Of a DNA stretch of 58,648 nucleotides, positions 55,980 to 58,648 are shown piece by piece (position 1 is the stretch's first letter; each line of letters begins with the position of its first letter). The position numbers were made by a program, and so were the translations under genes. This DNA is from Bacteroidota bacterium (GTDB taxonomy: Bacteria; Bacteroidota; Bacteroidia; Flavobacteriales_D; Crocinitomicaceae), in the NCBI GenBank assembly GCA_016868915.1, contig VGFL01000001.1, positions 1-58,648 on the forward strand. Reading direction: 5' to 3'. A model generated the notes under the pieces. The model saw only the letters and a list, made by a program, of their open reading frames with translations. It was not told the DNA's origin and searched no databases.

Positions 55980-56702
55980 TTATGGTATTACATCAACGAC
56001 ACATCGTACAGAATAACCATTTCCTTTTTCGTTAAGCTTTCCTACAATCCCACTCTCTAATTCATTAATTACCGCTGGATAGTTGTAAGCAAGACCAATT
56101 CGATAGGCATAGTTAGGATTTAAATCCTGATTCAAAGAGGTTGATGTCCAAAAATTAGTGTATTTACCCTTACTCTTTCCATCAATCCAATGTGACATTG
56201 GTGAAAGGCTTACGTATCTACTTCCAACTGGTTTTGCGTTAAACATATTTGCTGTATGTTCCTCAAAATGCTGATACGTCTCCCATCCTGATTTTGCCAT
56301 TATTTTTCTCGGTGTTGCGTTTGCCCCTCCAAGTGAATTAACGAAGCCTGTCCATTCAAAAACAGTTGGAATGTGGGTCCCCGTTGGAGCTAAACCACGC
56401 TTATCCACAACGGCATACCAATTATACAAAATCGTCTTTGTATCAACTCCGTTCTCATCTTCATAATAACACCAGGCCGAAATTTCATTTTGGTATGCAT
56501 AATACCACTCTTGTTCTGTTTGAGCATGCATGATTTTCTCTCCATTCTTAAATCTTTTCACAGAAAGATTACTCGTCATCCATTCAAGTTTATTAATAGT
56601 GATTAGTTTATACATATTCCCATCGATGTCTTTTACTGTTTGTGCAAAAGCAAAACTTAGGGAAAGAATTGAGGCAACAAATAGAAAAATTACTATCTTC
56701 AT
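55980..56702 (-). CDS. FISUMP (Fibrobacter succinogenes major paralogous) domain protein, secreted
   Basis: 240 aa with a signal peptide. DIDGNMYKLITINKLEWMTSNL start motif and GYSVRCV end motif are typical of TIGR02145-type domains. Confidence 0.7.
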   Translation of the reverse strand: MKIVIFLFVASILSLSFAFAQTVKDIDGNMYKLITINKLEWMTSNLSVKRFKNGEKIMHAQTEQEWYYAYQNEISAWCYYEDENGVDTKTILYNWYAVVDKRGLAPTGTHIPTVFEWTGFVNSLGGANATPRKIMAKSGWETYQHFEEHTANMFNAKPVGSRYVSLSPMSHWIDGKSKGKYTNFWTSTSLNQDLNPNYAYRIGLAYNYPAVINELESGIVGKLNEKGNGYSVRCVVDVIP

Positions 56703-56734
56703 AATTCAAAGAATAAAATACTATAATCAGTTTT

Positions 56735-58315
56735 ATGAAAAGCGTTACTAAAACTAGTTTTATAGTTTACTTATTTTTCCTCCACATTTGTACGAGCTTT
56801 CTAAGTCAAATACATCAAATAGATGTACAAAAATATCGTTTGAATATTCATGTTACAGATACATACGATACAATTAATGTCCTCGAAACTGTTTCATTTT
56901 TTTGGAAAGACCAAACTAAAGAGCCGTGCTTAAATCTTACATCTGTTAAGAAGAATGGAAATGGAATGAAGATTAAAAGCATTAAAAAAGGAAATAAAAA
57001 AATAGATTTTATCCACAAAATGGATACGATATATATAACTGGCCTGACATATTCCGAAGAGTTATTTGAGCTTGAAATCAACTACTCTGGTGTTCCTGCC
57101 GACGGATTAGTTATCGGTGAAAACAAATATGGAAACCGAACTTTTTTTGGTGATAATTGGCCTACCCGCGCTCAAAATTGGATTGCTTGTAACGACCATC
57201 TTTCGGATAAAGCAAAAGTCTATTTTTCCGTTATCGCTCCCGCTCATTATCAAATAATTGCCAATGGGGTTCATGAATCGACAACAACGTTATCGGAAAA
57301 AGAAAAAATTTGGAATTATTATTCAGATATTGAAATTCCTACAAAGGTAATGGTTGTTGGAATTGCTAATTTTTCAGTAAAGTGGAACAACGAAAATTAT
57401 ATTTCCAGTTGGGTATATCCTGAAAACGAAAAGGGCGGGTTTTACGACTTCGATCTCGCACCATCAATTTTGGATTTTTTTGTGAATTATATTGCCCCTT
57501 ATCCATTTTCAACACTGGCAAATGTGCAATCAACTACAAGATTTGGAGGAATGGAAAATGCCGGTTGTATCTTTTACGATGAAAATGCGATTAACGGAAC
57601 ACGAAGCTGTGAAGCACTTCTTGCTCACGAAATTGCACATCAATGGTTTGGAAATTCAGCAACGGAAAGTGATTGGCCCCACTTGTGGTTGAGTGAAGGG
57701 TTTGCAACCTATCTGACCTTAATCTACCAAGAAAAGGTTAGGGGAAATGAGTTATTCAGACAAGAATTGGAACAGGATCGAAAACAAATAATTTCTTTTT
57801 CAAAGTCATATCCTAATCCAGTAATAGATTCTACGCAAAAGAATTTAATGAACTTATTGAACGCAAATTCATATCAAAAAGGAAGTTGGATTCTGCACAT
57901 GCTTCGCAATAAAGTAGGTGATAAAACCTTTCAAACTATACTTCAAACGTATTATTCAAGCTATAAATTCTCTAATGCTTCAAGTGCTGATTTTGCGCGC
58001 GTTGCAGAACAGGTTTCCGGAATAGAGTTAAAGTCTTTCTTTACTCAATGGTTGAGAATGCCTGGAATTCCTCAATTATCCGCTCGGTTAAGTTTAAAGA
58101 AAAAAAACATGACTGGCTTGATTATTCAACTACAAAAGAATGTGGTTTATGAATTCCCTTTACAACTAAAAATCAACTTTGCAGATGGGTCCTCAATTAT
58201 AGAAACGATAAATATATCAGAGAAAGTAACGAAAATAAATAAATCGTATTCAAAAAAAATCAGTTCTTTTGTGTTAGATCCCAACGTTAAATTATTATTC
58301 GAAGAAGTGAGATAA
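56735..58315 (+). CDS. M1-family zinc metallopeptidase (aminopeptidase N-like), secreted
   Basis: 526 aa with a signal peptide. GAMEN-like GGMENAG. Zinc motif HEIAHQWFGN followed by WLSEGFATY. Confidence 0.85.
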   Translation: MKSVTKTSFIVYLFFLHICTSFLSQIHQIDVQKYRLNIHVTDTYDTINVLETVSFFWKDQTKEPCLNLTSVKKNGNGMKIKSIKKGNKKIDFIHKMDTIYITGLTYSEELFELEINYSGVPADGLVIGENKYGNRTFFGDNWPTRAQNWIACNDHLSDKAKVYFSVIAPAHYQIIANGVHESTTTLSEKEKIWNYYSDIEIPTKVMVVGIANFSVKWNNENYISSWVYPENEKGGFYDFDLAPSILDFFVNYIAPYPFSTLANVQSTTRFGGMENAGCIFYDENAINGTRSCEALLAHEIAHQWFGNSATESDWPHLWLSEGFATYLTLIYQEKVRGNELFRQELEQDRKQIISFSKSYPNPVIDSTQKNLMNLLNANSYQKGSWILHMLRNKVGDKTFQTILQTYYSSYKFSNASSADFARVAEQVSGIELKSFFTQWLRMPGIPQLSARLSLKKKNMTGLIIQLQKNVVYEFPLQLKINFADGSSIIETINISEKVTKINKSYSKKISSFVLDPNVKLLFEEVR

Positions 58316-58316
58316 T

Positions 58317-58517
58317 ATGAGTGAACTAAATTATACCAAAGCTTTTGAAGAACTACAACTAATTGTGGCTGAAATGGAAAATGGAAAAATCTCTGTTGAC
58401 GATTTAGCAATTAAAGTAAAGCGCGCTGCGGAATTAGTAAAAATCTGCAAAAATAAACTTTCCGAAACTGAAGGAGACGTTCAAAAAATATTAAGCGATT
58501 TGGACGAAAATGAGTGA
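58317..58517 (+). CDS. xseB: exodeoxyribonuclease VII small subunit
   Basis: 66 aa. YTKAFEELQLIVAEMENGKISVDDL is typical of XseB. Starts 1 nt after the peptidase stop. Confidence 0.8.
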   Translation: MSELNYTKAFEELQLIVAEMENGKISVDDLAIKVKRAAELVKICKNKLSETEGDVQKILSDLDENE

Positions 58518-58519
58518 TG

Positions 58520-58648
58520 TCATTTCACAAGGTGATACGTCTTAGAATTTATCCGAATTAAATACAATCCATTAGGTAAGGTTTCTGTATTAAGGGTAAT
58601 TCCGTGCACAAAATTTGAGCTAAAAAGAACTTGTCCGAATTGATTCAT
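58520..58648 (-). CDS. 3' end (last 42 codons) of a gene continuing beyond the window; T9SS C-terminal sorting domain
   Basis: My own translation of the minus strand gives ...NQFGQVLFSSNFVHGITLNTETLPNGLYLIRINSKTYHLVK*. This is the G-x-Y-x-(I/V) ... K-(L/I)-(V/I)-K ending typical of T9SS CTDs. The ATG at the window edge is probably internal. Confidence 0.5.
   Translation of the reverse strand: MNQFGQVLFSSNFVHGITLNTETLPNGLYLIRINSKTYHLVK

Noticed and set aside
1-58648. Window-wide scan for CRISPR arrays, rRNA or tRNA genes, IS elements and long tandem DNA repeats
   Set aside because: The longest non-coding stretches (41349-41642, 45073-45278, 13227-13412, 8305-8444) contain no regularly spaced repeats, no tRNA-like cloverleaf arms and no terminal inverted repeats that I could find by eye.

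Overview
AT-rich (roughly one-third G+C by eye) chromosomal segment that reads like a Bacteroidota, Flavobacteriia-type genome. Supporting signs are T9SS genes (sprA, a PorZ-like propeller protein, two proteins with T9SS C-terminal sorting domains), GLPGLI and FISUMP family proteins, recurrent TAnnTTTG -7 promoter boxes and frequent ATGA/TAATG gene overlaps. I count about 50 intact, tightly packed CDS and see no frameshifted genes. Most are core functions: tatA, gatA, truA, a marR-controlled beta-oxidation operon, maeB-ruvA-sprA, the yceD-rpmF-plsX-fabH-accB-accC lipid operon, pdxA, pepA, mutY, HU, long-form ispG and xseB. I found no rRNA, tRNA, CRISPR array, transposase, integrase or phage genes, and no long DNA repeats. 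The parts that deserve a second look are listed here. (1) A tight operon of three diverged, tail-less SSB paralogues (41643-42663). (2) A TonB-dependent receptor translationally abutted to a 72-aa Cys/His-rich acidic mini-lipoprotein (10775-13226). (3) A lipoprotein / outer-membrane beta-barrel / GLPGLI module of unknown function (128-4460). (4) A two-component system directly ahead of a glycosyltransferase-less flippase/Wzz/O-antigen-ligase trio that abuts the sprA string (24469-30747). (5) An 18-bp perfect palindrome in the marR promoter, plus a recurring -7 box-N3-6-ATG geometry suggesting leaderless mRNAs. All functional calls come from motif recognition by eye; no searches were run.
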